A DNA stretch of 64,000 nt. Source: Candidatus Saccharimonadota bacterium. Lineage in GTDB: Bacteria; Patescibacteriota; Saccharimonadia; Saccharimonadales; Saccharimonadaceae. Of this stretch, positions 1 to 9,900 are shown piece by piece. Position 1 is the stretch's first letter; every line of letters starts with the position of its first letter. Where the stretch lies: assembly GCA_028289065.1 (NCBI GenBank), contig JAQGHA010000016.1, forward strand, positions 77,460-141,459. The letters run 5' to 3'. Below the pieces are notes generated by a model. That model saw nothing but the letters and a program-made list of their open reading frames with translations. It was not told where the DNA came from and searched no databases. The position numbers and the translations under genes were made by a program.

Positions 1-302
1 TGCTTATAACTGCCTTAGCGACGCTTATTTTTGCCATCGGCATTGCTAGTGGAAAGCGTGGCCTCACTACCGGCCTAGGTATTATTATCGCCATTGGTAG
101 CTTCTTGTTAACAACCTTCGCACAATCGGTGAGTTGGCTGAAGGACTACGAGTGGCTTTCCTTCTTACACTATTTCCCAGCGCCAGAAATTGCCAAAGGC
201 ACGGTGGAGTGGGGGAATGTAATATTTTACCTAACACTCATCGCTGTGTCTCTCCTCGTTGCCTTTATATTCTTCCCACGCCGCGATATCAAAGCCGTCT
301 AA
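1..302 (+). CDS. 3' part of ABC-2 type transporter permease (truncated by window edge)
   Basis: Frame open from base 3 (LITALATLIFAIGIASGKRG...), several hydrophobic helices, ends FPRRDIKAV like many ABC-2 permeases. Confidence 0.6.
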   Translation, partial: LITALATLIFAIGIASGKRGLTTGLGIIIAIGSFLLTTFAQSVSWLKDYEWLSFLHYFPAPEIAKGTVEWGNVIFYLTLIAVSLLVAFIFFPRRDIKAV

Positions 303-314
303 GCCGCCCTTATC

Positions 315-457
315 TGTTATAATAGATACAACCCACGCGATTAAGTGCTGGATAGAGCGTTTTGAGATGTATATCTCGAACCACTGTACCCGTTACTTGC
401 TCGTACCTAAGTAGACAATCTTAGGAGAGTGGGTGAATTTAAACAAGGAGGCCATTT
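315..457 (+). promoter_or_regulatory. Extended -10 promoter and structured ~125 nt pnp leader with SD
   Basis: TG-t-TATAAT 315-323; hairpins TTTGAGAT/ATCTCGAA and CCTAAG/CTTAGG; ACCCAC (331-336) complementary to GTGGGT (429-434); AAGGAGG before ATG. Confidence 0.55.
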
Positions 458-2566
458 ATGCCAACAATCAACCCTTACGGTAAGGATATTATTAAAGTAA
501 CAACCGAGTTTGAAGGTAAGCCTTTAACACTAGAAGTTAACCGTGTTGGTTTCCGTTCTACTGGTAGCGTTATGGTGACTTACGGCGACACAGTCGTTTT
601 AGGTACTGCTCAAGTTGGTACTCGACCAGTTGTGTTGGATTATTTCCCGCTCAGCCTGGACTATGAAGAAAAGTTTTATGCAGCCGGTAAAATTAGCGGC
701 AGCCGTTTTATTAAACGTGAAGGTCGCCCAAGTGACGAAGCAGTGCTGATTGGCCGTCTGATTGACCGCCCAATTCGCCCATTGTTTCCAAAGGGTTACC
801 GCCAAGAAGTCCAAGTGGTTGCAGGCGTATTAAGCCTTGACCCTAGCTTCCGCCCAGACATGATTGCCATGATTGCTGCCTCAAGTGCCCTAATGCTAAC
901 CGGAACACCATTCGACGGCCCTGTAGCCGGTTTACGTATTGGCCGAGTAAATGGTGAGTTCAAAGCTTTCCTTAGCCCTGAAGAACGCGAAGCTAGTGAC
1001 CTCGACTTAGTGGTTGCCGGTATCGAAAGTGGCATCACTATGGTTGAAGCTGGTGCTAACGAAGTACCTGAAGAAGTTGTAGCCGACGCATTAGCTTGGG
1101 CTTTCGAGCACTACCAACCAGCTATTAAGTTGCAGCAAGAATTGGTTGCTAAAATTCAACCAGTTGCTCAAGAATACACACTGGTTCTCCCAGATGAATC
1201 ACTCCAAGTGCTGGCCAACGAATGGGTAGACGGCAAACTTGGCGAAGCAATCCGCAAGCCATACCCAGAACGTAACGAAATGGTAAACCAACTTCGCCGG
1301 GCTTTTCACGCCGAAATGCTTGAAAAGTTTGTAGAAGATTACGCACACGGTAAATACGACGAAGCCTTTACCGCTGCACTTCACAACGATGTTCGTAAGG
1401 GGATTGTGGAACACAGTGTTCGTCCAGACGGCCGCCAGTTTACTGATATCCGCCCACTTTCAAGCGAAGTAGGGGTATTACCTCGAACCCACGGTTCATC
1501 AATCTTTACTCGCGGTATGACACAAGCCTTAAACGTCGTGACACTTGCGCCACTTAGTTATTCACAAATTGTTGATACGATGGAAATTACTGATGGCGAA
1601 CGCCGTTACATGCACCACTACAACGCCCCTGGGTACACTGTTGGTGAAGTGCAACGACTCGGTGGCCCGGGCCGTCGTGAAATTGGCCACGGCTTCCTTG
1701 CAGAACGGGCGCTGATTCCTGTTCTACCTAGCGAAGAAGACTTCCCGTACGCCATCCGTAGCGTCACGGAAATTATGAGCCAAAACGGTTCAACTTCAAT
1801 GGCAGCTACTTGTTCAAGCTGTTTGGCACTTATGGACGCCGGTGTGCCAATTACCTCAATGGTAAGTGGTATTGCTATGGGTCTTATGGTGGACGGCGAC
1901 AAACACTACGTGTTAAGTGACATTGCCGACGCTGAAGACTTTGCTGGTGACATGGACTTTAAGTGTGCTGGTACCGCTAAGGGTTTAACCGCTCTTCAAA
2001 TGGACATGAAAGTTCACGGACTTCCGGTTTCAATTTTGAAAGAAGCACTTCTTGCTGGAAAGATTGGCCGTGCGCACATTCTTGAAAGCATGGTAGAGAC
2101 ACTTGCTCAACCACGTACTGAACTCAGCCCATACGCACCACGTATCGAAAAGATTAAGATCAACCCAGAAAAAATTGGTGCAGTTATTGGTAAGGGTGGA
2201 GAAGTGATTAACAAGATTACTTCTGAAACCGGCGCCTTAATTGATATCAAGGAAGACGGCCTCATTACCGTTGCTGGTTCTGACCCAGCTGGTATCGCCC
2301 GAGCGATTGAATGGATTAAGGGCCTGACCGAAGAAGCTGAAGTAGGAAAAATCTACCGTGGCCAAGTGGTCAGTATTAAAGACTTCGGAGCTTTCGTAAA
2401 CATCATGCCTGGCCAAGATGGTATGGTTCACATTAGCCAACTGTCTAACGAGCGTGTTGAACAAGTCGGCGACATCCTTACTGAAGGCGAAATGATTAAC
2501 GTGAAGCTTGCCGGTATCGACGAGCGTGGACGTTTGAGCCTGACAATGATTGATGTTGAGCAATAA
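458..2566 (+). CDS. pnp: Polyribonucleotide nucleotidyltransferase (PNPase)
   Basis: Two RNase PH domains (RLIDRPIRPLFP, RREIGHG, SQNGSTSMA, DFAGDMDFK) plus KH and S1 domains. Confidence 0.98.
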   Translation: MPTINPYGKDIIKVTTEFEGKPLTLEVNRVGFRSTGSVMVTYGDTVVLGTAQVGTRPVVLDYFPLSLDYEEKFYAAGKISGSRFIKREGRPSDEAVLIGRLIDRPIRPLFPKGYRQEVQVVAGVLSLDPSFRPDMIAMIAASSALMLTGTPFDGPVAGLRIGRVNGEFKAFLSPEEREASDLDLVVAGIESGITMVEAGANEVPEEVVADALAWAFEHYQPAIKLQQELVAKIQPVAQEYTLVLPDESLQVLANEWVDGKLGEAIRKPYPERNEMVNQLRRAFHAEMLEKFVEDYAHGKYDEAFTAALHNDVRKGIVEHSVRPDGRQFTDIRPLSSEVGVLPRTHGSSIFTRGMTQALNVVTLAPLSYSQIVDTMEITDGERRYMHHYNAPGYTVGEVQRLGGPGRREIGHGFLAERALIPVLPSEEDFPYAIRSVTEIMSQNGSTSMAATCSSCLALMDAGVPITSMVSGIAMGLMVDGDKHYVLSDIADAEDFAGDMDFKCAGTAKGLTALQMDMKVHGLPVSILKEALLAGKIGRAHILESMVETLAQPRTELSPYAPRIEKIKINPEKIGAVIGKGGEVINKITSETGALIDIKEDGLITVAGSDPAGIARAIEWIKGLTEEAEVGKIYRGQVVSIKDFGAFVNIMPGQDGMVHISQLSNERVEQVGDILTEGEMINVKLAGIDERGRLSLTMIDVEQ

Positions 2567-2578
2567 GTTCTCTTAAAT

Positions 2579-2608
2579 AAAATAACCCCGATTATTCGGG
2601 GTTATTTT
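2579..2608. terminator. Bidirectional intrinsic terminator
   Basis: AAAATAACCCCGA-ttat-TCGGGGTTATTTT between convergent genes. Confidence 0.85.
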
Positions 2609-3188
2609 TATCCATATCTTCTGCATCATTTTGGATCGCCTGAATATCTGAAAGAAAGGACTGCAGTTCGTTGAAGTCAAAAATTGTATCACCGAAAGCT
2701 CCTAGCTCGACAGCTTCGCTGAATTTTACTATTTCCTCGTTGGTAGCATCGCGGAGTATGTTGGGATAAAGAGGCTCTTGGGATTCACCATAAAATGGAT
2801 TGTCACTTTGGTCGCTGCTTTCAATATCCATTAGGACATTCTCATCTTCTATTTCGGACAGATTACCTGTTGTTTGCAACTGCCATGCCCCGCCTGCCTT
2901 TTGTTTGAGGAAGTAATGAGTCATTGATACGGTAGAGTGTCCAGCACCGTGTTCCGATAATTCAATACAATATTGATCAATCAAATCATATATAGCTAAC
3001 CAAGTAGAGTTACCTGTTACGCGATTTTCGGCAGTGTTTGCAGAGACAAACGTAGCTTCTGAATGCACATCAGCATCGAACTGTTCGTCTATAATTTTTC
3101 GTAGCCAAAGAGCGGTGTTTTCAAGTTTCTTCTGAAGCTCTTCACCGGTCGGCTCTTTGGGAATGTATTGATTCTCTGAGGGTTCCAT
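2592..3188 (-). CDS. Hypothetical acidic protein (198 aa)
   Basis: ORF with own TTGACA-17-TATAAT promoter (3224-3196), ATG 7 nt after -10; no recognisable family. Confidence 0.75.
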   Translation of the reverse strand: MEPSENQYIPKEPTGEELQKKLENTALWLRKIIDEQFDADVHSEATFVSANTAENRVTGNSTWLAIYDLIDQYCIELSEHGAGHSTVSMTHYFLKQKAGGAWQLQTTGNLSEIEDENVLMDIESSDQSDNPFYGESQEPLYPNILRDATNEEIVKFSEAVELGAFGDTIFDFNELQSFLSDIQAIQNDAEDMDKNNPE

Positions 3189-3232
3189 GACAATAATTAT
3201 ATAATTTTTACGTTATTTTGTCAATATATCTA

Positions 3233-3421
3233 TTGCGCTTATATTAATACTATGCTATAATGTATGCATACAGCTCATTCGAGCATTTCTTGTACAAATT
3301 AATTAGACGTTCCACCTTATACGCCTTTTCGTATTTGCCCAAGAATTCTTGAGCTTATCTTATTATTAAAAACGTCAGGCATTTTTGCCTGGCAACGGAG
3401 TTATATCTCCGGGAGAAACAT
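3233..3421 (+). promoter_or_regulatory. Promoter and multi-hairpin leader of RNase J paralog 1
   Basis: TTGCGC-17-TATAAT (3233-3261); hairpins CAGGC/GCCTG and CGGAG/CTCCG next to SD GGAGA. Confidence 0.55.
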
Positions 3422-5248
3422 ATGAAAAATATAAAACAAAATAAAGTCGCCCGAGCTGCTCGTCAAAAGTCCGATAGGGCAGCCAGTCGCTTGCGTGATT
3501 TCCGTACCAAAACCGCCAAGGTTATCACATTAGGGCAAAAGACATTGCGAATCATTCCACTTGGTGGACAAGACGGCATTGGTGAGAAAAATATGATTGT
3601 CGTTGAATACGGCGACGATGCAATTATTCTCGATACGGGCTTTGAGCTCGGTATTGATTTGCCAGGCATTAACTATGCCATTCCAGTTACCGATTACCTC
3701 GAAACAATTCGCCATAAAATTAAAGGCTACGTTATAAGCCATGGCCACATGGATCATATTGGTGGCTTGGTGCACATAGTGCCACAATATCCAGCACCGA
3801 TATTTGGGAGCCAGTTTACAATTGGCATGGTTGAAGCGCAGTTTGAAAAGCTCGCAGAGCGAGGTATTCAATTTGTGCCGGATACACAAGTTGTTCAAAT
3901 GGATGAACACGAGCGAATTAAACTTGGCGAGTTGACGATAGAACTTGTTCGGGTAACGCATGCTATTCCCGAATCGTCAGCAATTGTTGTTGATACCCCT
4001 GTGGGAAAGCTCATTAATACCGGTGATTTTCGGCTTGACCCTGAACCACTTGATGATAAACCAACCGACATTAAACGGCTTAAACAGCTTGGAGATGAGG
4101 GTGTTTTGCTTCTTATGAGCGAAAGCACTAATACTTCAAAGCTTGGCCGCACTCCAACTGAACACACTCTACAAGATAGTTTTTATGAACTTGTTGAGAA
4201 GACGAAAGGCCGGTTGGTGGTGGCGGTATTCTCGTCGAACATGAACCGGGTGCAGATGATTGTAAACGCCGCTCATCTTAACGGCCGTAAAGTTGCGCTT
4301 GATGGCCGCAGTATGATGATGGTAGCTGAATTAGCAGTACGCTTAGGTAACCTGAAAATCCCTAAAGGCACCTTTATATCGATGCGGGAAGCAGCAAGTA
4401 TTCCAGATGACCAATTGATTATTATTTGTACCGGTGGGCAAGGTGAACCTGGCGCGGCCTTAAGTCGTATGGCCATCGGCGAACACTCGATCATTAAATT
4501 AAAAAGAGGTGACAGTGTCGTTATTAGTAGCACGCCAATCCCTGGCAACGAGCAAAGCTATGCCAAAATGGGCGACAACCTTGCACGCTTAAAAGTGAAG
4601 CAATACCGCCACCCGACCCACGAAATAGACGGCTCAGGTCCACTGCACGTATCGGGCCACGCCTCGCGTGACGAACATGCCGAAATGATTCAACTAACGC
4701 AACCCACGTATTTAATGCCTATATATGGCGGTCCATTACCTCGCCTGTATCATCAACAAATCGGTATTAGCCAGGGTATAAACCCAGCGAATATTTTAAT
4801 GGTCGACAATGGTACCGTCATCGAGTTTCGTAAAGGTTTTAAGCCAAGTTTTCCTGGTTACGTAACCAATGGTTCAACCCTCGTCGATCAAACTGGCGCA
4901 CTTGTGCCGGAAATTGTTAGCCGTGACCGCTTGCTACTTCAAGATAGCGGTTTCGTAGTGGTTATCCTCACCATCGATATCAATGGTCGGTTAGTGGCCA
5001 GCCCCGATATTATCACTCGCGGGCACTTAGCAGTAAAAGAGAATGCAACTATAATGAATGAGCTTCGAATCAATCTGAAGAAGTACGTTACGACAAGTGG
5101 GAAGCCGCGTTCAAGAGCGGCTGTCGATTTGATGAAGTTAGGGGTTCAAGAACTTACCCAGGACTATATGTTTGATAAAGTTTCTGCAACCCCTATAGTG
5201 ATTCCTGTAATTAATATAGTTGGCCATCAGGGGTCCACGAATGTATAG
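3422..5248 (+). CDS. rnj: Ribonuclease J, paralog 1
   Basis: PLGGQDGIGEKNM, SHGHMDH metal motif, TGDF, SESTN, TGGQGEP, HVSGH. Confidence 0.93.
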   Translation: MKNIKQNKVARAARQKSDRAASRLRDFRTKTAKVITLGQKTLRIIPLGGQDGIGEKNMIVVEYGDDAIILDTGFELGIDLPGINYAIPVTDYLETIRHKIKGYVISHGHMDHIGGLVHIVPQYPAPIFGSQFTIGMVEAQFEKLAERGIQFVPDTQVVQMDEHERIKLGELTIELVRVTHAIPESSAIVVDTPVGKLINTGDFRLDPEPLDDKPTDIKRLKQLGDEGVLLLMSESTNTSKLGRTPTEHTLQDSFYELVEKTKGRLVVAVFSSNMNRVQMIVNAAHLNGRKVALDGRSMMMVAELAVRLGNLKIPKGTFISMREAASIPDDQLIIICTGGQGEPGAALSRMAIGEHSIIKLKRGDSVVISSTPIPGNEQSYAKMGDNLARLKVKQYRHPTHEIDGSGPLHVSGHASRDEHAEMIQLTQPTYLMPIYGGPLPRLYHQQIGISQGINPANILMVDNGTVIEFRKGFKPSFPGYVTNGSTLVDQTGALVPEIVSRDRLLLQDSGFVVVILTIDINGRLVASPDIITRGHLAVKENATIMNELRINLKKYVTTSGKPRSRAAVDLMKLGVQELTQDYMFDKVSATPIVIPVINIVGHQGSTNV

Positions 5249-5297
5249 CCGAAACCGATTGCTGATGTACATTCATAAAATAAGGTACATTCGCTGC

Positions 5298-5337
5298 AAA
5301 TAAAAACCACCCGGTAAAATTCCGGGTGTCTTATTTT
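5298..5337. terminator. Intrinsic terminator between convergent genes
   Basis: CACCCGG/CCGGGTG stem with A-rich and T-rich flanks. Confidence 0.7.
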
Positions 5338-5354
5338 CTAGGTAATAGATTAAC

Positions 5355-5945
5355 TTACTCTAAATTATTTTGCTGATCTAAAAATTCTCGTAACTGTATT
5401 TCAAGCTGATCGGAATCATAGTCAACGTCTCCCTCATGTGCCTGGAAGAGGAGTCTATACAGTCGTTGGATATCGGCTGGTCCGGCTTTATGGTATTTGT
5501 GTTCAACGAGTGCATCAGAAGCAATTTTAGCCACTGTATTATCTTCGTCGTTTTTATTCGTATCGTAAAATTCGTTCATGATATCAGGTTGTATACCGGT
5601 AAGCTCAACCTCATATCGATTATTCTCTCGTGAATACGCGATACGAAATCGCTCAGTAGTGTCTTGTTCTCTAAAAACGCCATTTGATTCATTAAGTACA
5701 ACCTTAATTTCGCTAAAACTGGCCTGAGCCTCATTTACTTCAACGGATAGGTTACCGGTCTTATATTCATCGGCTGCTTCTTTAGTCGTGAGCGGAACCT
5801 CTACACCATAAGCACCAGTTGCAGTACGAGGCTTATTGATGATTTTATGGGCTAAACCTTGGGCATAAGTAACGAGGTCTTTCAACTGCTGTTCAGTCAG
5901 CTCTTTATTATCGTCCAAATATTCAACTGAGTTCATTTGACGCAT
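5355..5945 (-). CDS. Hypothetical protein (~193-196 aa), possible paralog of 2592..3188
   Basis: ORF with TTGACT-17-TATAAT promoter immediately upstream; second Met at 5936 is the likelier start. Confidence 0.75.
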   Translation of the reverse strand: MRQMNSVEYLDDNKELTEQQLKDLVTYAQGLAHKIINKPRTATGAYGVEVPLTTKEAADEYKTGNLSVEVNEAQASFSEIKVVLNESNGVFREQDTTERFRIAYSRENNRYEVELTGIQPDIMNEFYDTNKNDEDNTVAKIASDALVEHKYHKAGPADIQRLYRLLFQAHEGDVDYDSDQLEIQLREFLDQQNNLE

Positions 5946-6025
5946 ATTATATCACTCATGCTTTAAAAAGTCAATACTATGTTATAACTACATATCTATT
6001 ATCTCTGTTATAATAAGTCACTGCA

Positions 6026-7669
6026 ATGATACTCACCGCAACCATCGAAGAAAAATCCTTTGGCGATAAGCTTCTTTTTAAGAATACTTCGTTTTTTGTT
6101 GATGATGATGAGAAGGTTGGAATTGTCGGCCGTAACGGAGAAGGCAAGACGACTTTGTTCCGGATTGTTATGGAAGAAGATAAAGATTTTCAAGGTGAGT
6201 TTTCTTTAGGCAAGGGCGTTTCAATTATCGCTACGCGCCAAGAGCACCATGGTTTTGAAGACATGGTAGTTATGGAATATATCCTGCAAGATTTGCCGCA
6301 TTACGGTAAATTGAAGCACATTCTTGAAAACCACCCACTGGTTATGGGTGACGATATGAAACTTATTCACGAGTATTCAGAAGCGCTTGAACGCTTTGAT
6401 TCGTTGGGCTACTACAATATTGAAAATGAAGTTGAAAAAACCATGGATTCATTTCAACTTGGTTCGAAGCTTCAAAGTAAAATTGGTGAACTTTCTGGTG
6501 GTCAAAAACGCCTAGTAGAAGTTGCTAAGGTAATGATTTCTAAAGCGCAAATTGCCCTTATTGACGAACCGACCAACCACATGGACTACGTTGCCAAAGA
6601 TAAGTTTCTGCAGTGGATGAATACTGCTAAAGAAGCAATGCTGGTAATTACTCACGACCGCGACGTCCTTGAAACGGTTGACCGTATTTTGGAAGTAAAA
6701 GACCAAAAGATTATTAGCTATAAGGGAAACTATAGCGATTACCTGCGCCAAAATGCCGGTTCTACTAGTAGTATGATGAATGAGTTTGAGATGGTGCAAC
6801 GCCGTATCGTCAACCTAAAGGGCAAAATTATTGAATATCAACGCTTTAAAGAGAAGTCTCGTACCCCTAGTACTATTCAACGTTTCAAGCGACTTGAACA
6901 AACCTCTCGCGATGAACTTGCCAAACTTGAAAAGCAAGAACGGCCTACTTTCTGGGTTGATAGCGATTCGGTTGCCGACATGGGCCTTAAAACTGGTGAA
7001 CAATACCAAAAGTTTAAAGCTAAGAATATTCGGCTGAGTGGCGTGAATGGAGACGAAGGTTTTGGCCGACTGCTCGTGAATGTGTCTGACGTTTCACTTG
7101 GATACGACAAGCCGCTCTTTAAAGGCGTTTCATTTCAAATCCGCGAAGGTGAAACCCTTGAGCTTCGTGGCCGTAACGGTGCCGGTAAATCGACAATGGT
7201 TAAAACCTTGCTTTCTACGGTGACTGGTAACGAATTTAGCGCCAAAGTGTTCAGCGGTACCATGGATATAGACAAGAAAATTCGGGTTGGTGTGTATGAA
7301 CAAGAAACACCTGATATGTGGCTGACTAAAAAGCTTGGTGAAGCGATTGAATACATTTATTTGTCTCGTGGTTTGGCAATAGGGGACACTAAAGTTCGCC
7401 AGCTTATGGCCGATTATTTGTTCACGCAAAATGATGCAAACATTCCAGTTTCTCAATTAAGTGGTGGCCAAAAAGCCCGTCTGCAGCTTATTGATATGCT
7501 TTCAGACAGCCCGTCACTTCTGGTACTCGACGAACCGACCAACCACCTTGACCTTCCAAGTATTGAAGAGCTAGAACAAGCTTTAAAAAATTATACAGGC
7601 GCTATTCTTTACATTTCACACGATACCTTCTTTAGGAAGAACCTCGGCGGTGAAGTTGTCCAGCTGTAA
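6026..7669 (+). CDS. ABC-F family ATPase
   Basis: Two ABC domains (GRNGEGKTT, LSGGQK, DEPTNH; GRNGAGKST, LSGGQK, DEPTNH), coiled linker, no TM segments. Confidence 0.95.
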   Translation: MILTATIEEKSFGDKLLFKNTSFFVDDDEKVGIVGRNGEGKTTLFRIVMEEDKDFQGEFSLGKGVSIIATRQEHHGFEDMVVMEYILQDLPHYGKLKHILENHPLVMGDDMKLIHEYSEALERFDSLGYYNIENEVEKTMDSFQLGSKLQSKIGELSGGQKRLVEVAKVMISKAQIALIDEPTNHMDYVAKDKFLQWMNTAKEAMLVITHDRDVLETVDRILEVKDQKIISYKGNYSDYLRQNAGSTSSMMNEFEMVQRRIVNLKGKIIEYQRFKEKSRTPSTIQRFKRLEQTSRDELAKLEKQERPTFWVDSDSVADMGLKTGEQYQKFKAKNIRLSGVNGDEGFGRLLVNVSDVSLGYDKPLFKGVSFQIREGETLELRGRNGAGKSTMVKTLLSTVTGNEFSAKVFSGTMDIDKKIRVGVYEQETPDMWLTKKLGEAIEYIYLSRGLAIGDTKVRQLMADYLFTQNDANIPVSQLSGGQKARLQLIDMLSDSPSLLVLDEPTNHLDLPSIEELEQALKNYTGAILYISHDTFFRKNLGGEVVQL

Positions 7670-7725
7670 CCTCTTAAACTTTGGTATACTAGTACATAGC
7701 TTACGTTTACTTATTTAGGAGATAC

Positions 7726-8880
7726 ATGAACCCAAACACGCCACAACCAACCGACCCGACACCAACGCCGGAATTAGCACCAACGCCTGAAGTGCAGGCG
7801 ACACCGGTTGTGCCTGTTAACCCAGCGCCTACAAATGACGTTTTTTTTCCAACTAATCCTGAACCAGTTGCACCACAACCACAATTCCCGCAACCACAAT
7901 TCCAACAACCACTAGGCCAACCAACGCCACAAACCACACCGCCAGTAAAAAAATCACGAAAAAAATTGTTTCTTATTATCGCCAGTGTTTTAGTTGGCCT
8001 CTTGCTGATTGCTGGAATAGCCTTAGCTATTATATATAACATCCGCGCCACACCTGAAGACTATGAAAATGCCCAAGCGCTGGTTACCAAAATTGAAGCT
8101 CAAAATGAAGCTAGCCGCGAAGCTTATGCTCGCTCTATTGCGATTGCAAGTACCGAAATGACCGCTAAACCAGTCACTCAGGATGACTATAAGAAACTTC
8201 TCGCCTATGACCGCGACGAAGAGCTTGCTGCTTCTAACGAGAAGTTAAGGACTGAAATCAAAGCAATCGAAGCGTCCCTTGACGAACTAAAAAATAGCCC
8301 AGCCCTGAAAGACAAAGAGGTTAGAGATAAATATACTGCTCTGCGTAAAAATGCCGACGCCTATATTTTGTCATCTCAGCAACTTTTTGAATCTTCACCT
8401 GCTATGGCCAAGGTTGTAACGGCTTGTTTCCAGGCTGAAACAAATATTTTTGCCCTTATTGATGAAGTACTTGCCGGTGCAGATAAAGTAGTTGATGAAA
8501 TTAATGGCACGACGGCAGCCTACAATCCAGACACGGCACTCGCTGAGTTCGAGGCTAAGCCATTCTACGTGAAGTGTAATGGTGCTTTGAAAGCTATTGA
8601 TAAACCGTTAGCCCACCCAACGCTTGAAGGTGTGCGAACTCTTATGAACGAAGTGATGAGCAGCCTCCGCACACAGGTTACTGATTATGCAGCTGAATAC
8701 AAAAAGGGTGATACTGAAGCTGCAGCCAAGTCGTTTATTGAGAATGGTGAAAAGCTCGACAAAAAGCTTACCGCTAGCCAAAAAGAAATGTCTCAGCAGC
8801 AAGATGAGTACATAGAAACTCTTGATATTGAATCAAAAGCCAACGAGCTAAAAGCAAAACTTGCTCAGCGTCTTGAGTAG
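7726..8880 (+). CDS. Single-pass membrane protein with Pro/Gln-rich N-terminus and helical ectodomain
   Basis: Pro-rich N-terminus, KKSRKK then a TM helix, long helical C-terminus; SD AGGAGA. Confidence 0.8.
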   Translation: MNPNTPQPTDPTPTPELAPTPEVQATPVVPVNPAPTNDVFFPTNPEPVAPQPQFPQPQFQQPLGQPTPQTTPPVKKSRKKLFLIIASVLVGLLLIAGIALAIIYNIRATPEDYENAQALVTKIEAQNEASREAYARSIAIASTEMTAKPVTQDDYKKLLAYDRDEELAASNEKLRTEIKAIEASLDELKNSPALKDKEVRDKYTALRKNADAYILSSQQLFESSPAMAKVVTACFQAETNIFALIDEVLAGADKVVDEINGTTAAYNPDTALAEFEAKPFYVKCNGALKAIDKPLAHPTLEGVRTLMNEVMSSLRTQVTDYAAEYKKGDTEAAAKSFIENGEKLDKKLTASQKEMSQQQDEYIETLDIESKANELKAKLAQRLE

Positions 8881-8897
8881 TAATGGTGTATTAAAAA

Positions 8898-9869
8898 ATG
8901 GATCCACTCCTCAATCAAAAAGCCGAACCAGCTCCTGAGCAAGAAGCCTTAACGCATTCTGGAACCATACAGCCGCTGACGACGCTTACTTTAGCTGAGT
9001 TGCAGGCTCCGGCAAACCCTCCAGCTCCTGTGCCTCAAGAACCACAGGTAAATGAAGCACCCCTAGCTCCGAAGCAGCACGTTCCTTTTGTTCCAGACCC
9101 GAATATTTTGCCGCCCGTTAAGGACGATAAAAATATCGCCGGAATTATTCTTGGTAGTATTTTAACTCTCGTAATTATTTCTGGGGGATTATTTGGATGG
9201 TATTATTTCAATAATATTTATGTCTCGAATGATGACTATAAAGCCGCTGTTTCTCAAATTCAGACAGCTAGTAATACTCAAACGCTTGCTGAAGTCGCCG
9301 GCCCAATAAATGACGAAAAAATTGATTATATTAATAATTCATACAATGCGTTTAAACAAAAAAATACCGAGCTGGATAGCGTCCGGGCTTTAAAAGTAGA
9401 TAAGGATATCAACTCAAAGTACGAAGCGTATAAAAAGCAAACCGCTGCCTTTGTTATTTTTATGGATAAAGCATTGCCTTCGTTGATTGTGTGTACGAAA
9501 GCCTCAAACGAAGCCCAAGCACTAAACGCCGACGGGACGCCATTTACTTCCGCAAAAGTGCAAAAAATAATTACTATTTATGAATCGGCAGGCGACATCC
9601 CTGATCCTTCAATGAAAGCGGGTATGGGTTCGATGATTGCTGTGTATAAAGAGCTCCTTGCAGCTACGCAAATTGCCGAATCAAAAAAAGCATCAAATGC
9701 CGCTAAGCTTGCAGCTGTAGTGAATGTTCGTGACAATATTGTTCCAAAACTCGAAACAGACCTTGGCGCAATGGCTACGAACTTCAAAAAACAACTCGAA
9801 GCAGTTTCTCCTGTTCAAGCCCAACGCGAACTGACCGAAGCGATAACCGCTAAGTATTCTAAGGCTTAA
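8898..9869 (+). CDS. Single-pass membrane protein, probable tandem paralog of the preceding gene
   Basis: Same architecture; shared post-TM motif (EDYENAQALV vs DDYKAAVSQI). Confidence 0.8.
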   Translation: MDPLLNQKAEPAPEQEALTHSGTIQPLTTLTLAELQAPANPPAPVPQEPQVNEAPLAPKQHVPFVPDPNILPPVKDDKNIAGIILGSILTLVIISGGLFGWYYFNNIYVSNDDYKAAVSQIQTASNTQTLAEVAGPINDEKIDYINNSYNAFKQKNTELDSVRALKVDKDINSKYEAYKKQTAAFVIFMDKALPSLIVCTKASNEAQALNADGTPFTSAKVQKIITIYESAGDIPDPSMKAGMGSMIAVYKELLAATQIAESKKASNAAKLAAVVNVRDNIVPKLETDLGAMATNFKKQLEAVSPVQAQRELTEAITAKYSKA

Positions 9870-9900
9870 CGCCCAACCGTCAGCAGGCTATACTAAAAGT

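Noticed and set aside
3256-3271. TATAATGTATGC resembles loxP/dif core
   Set aside because: No flanking inverted arms; explained by the rnj -10 box
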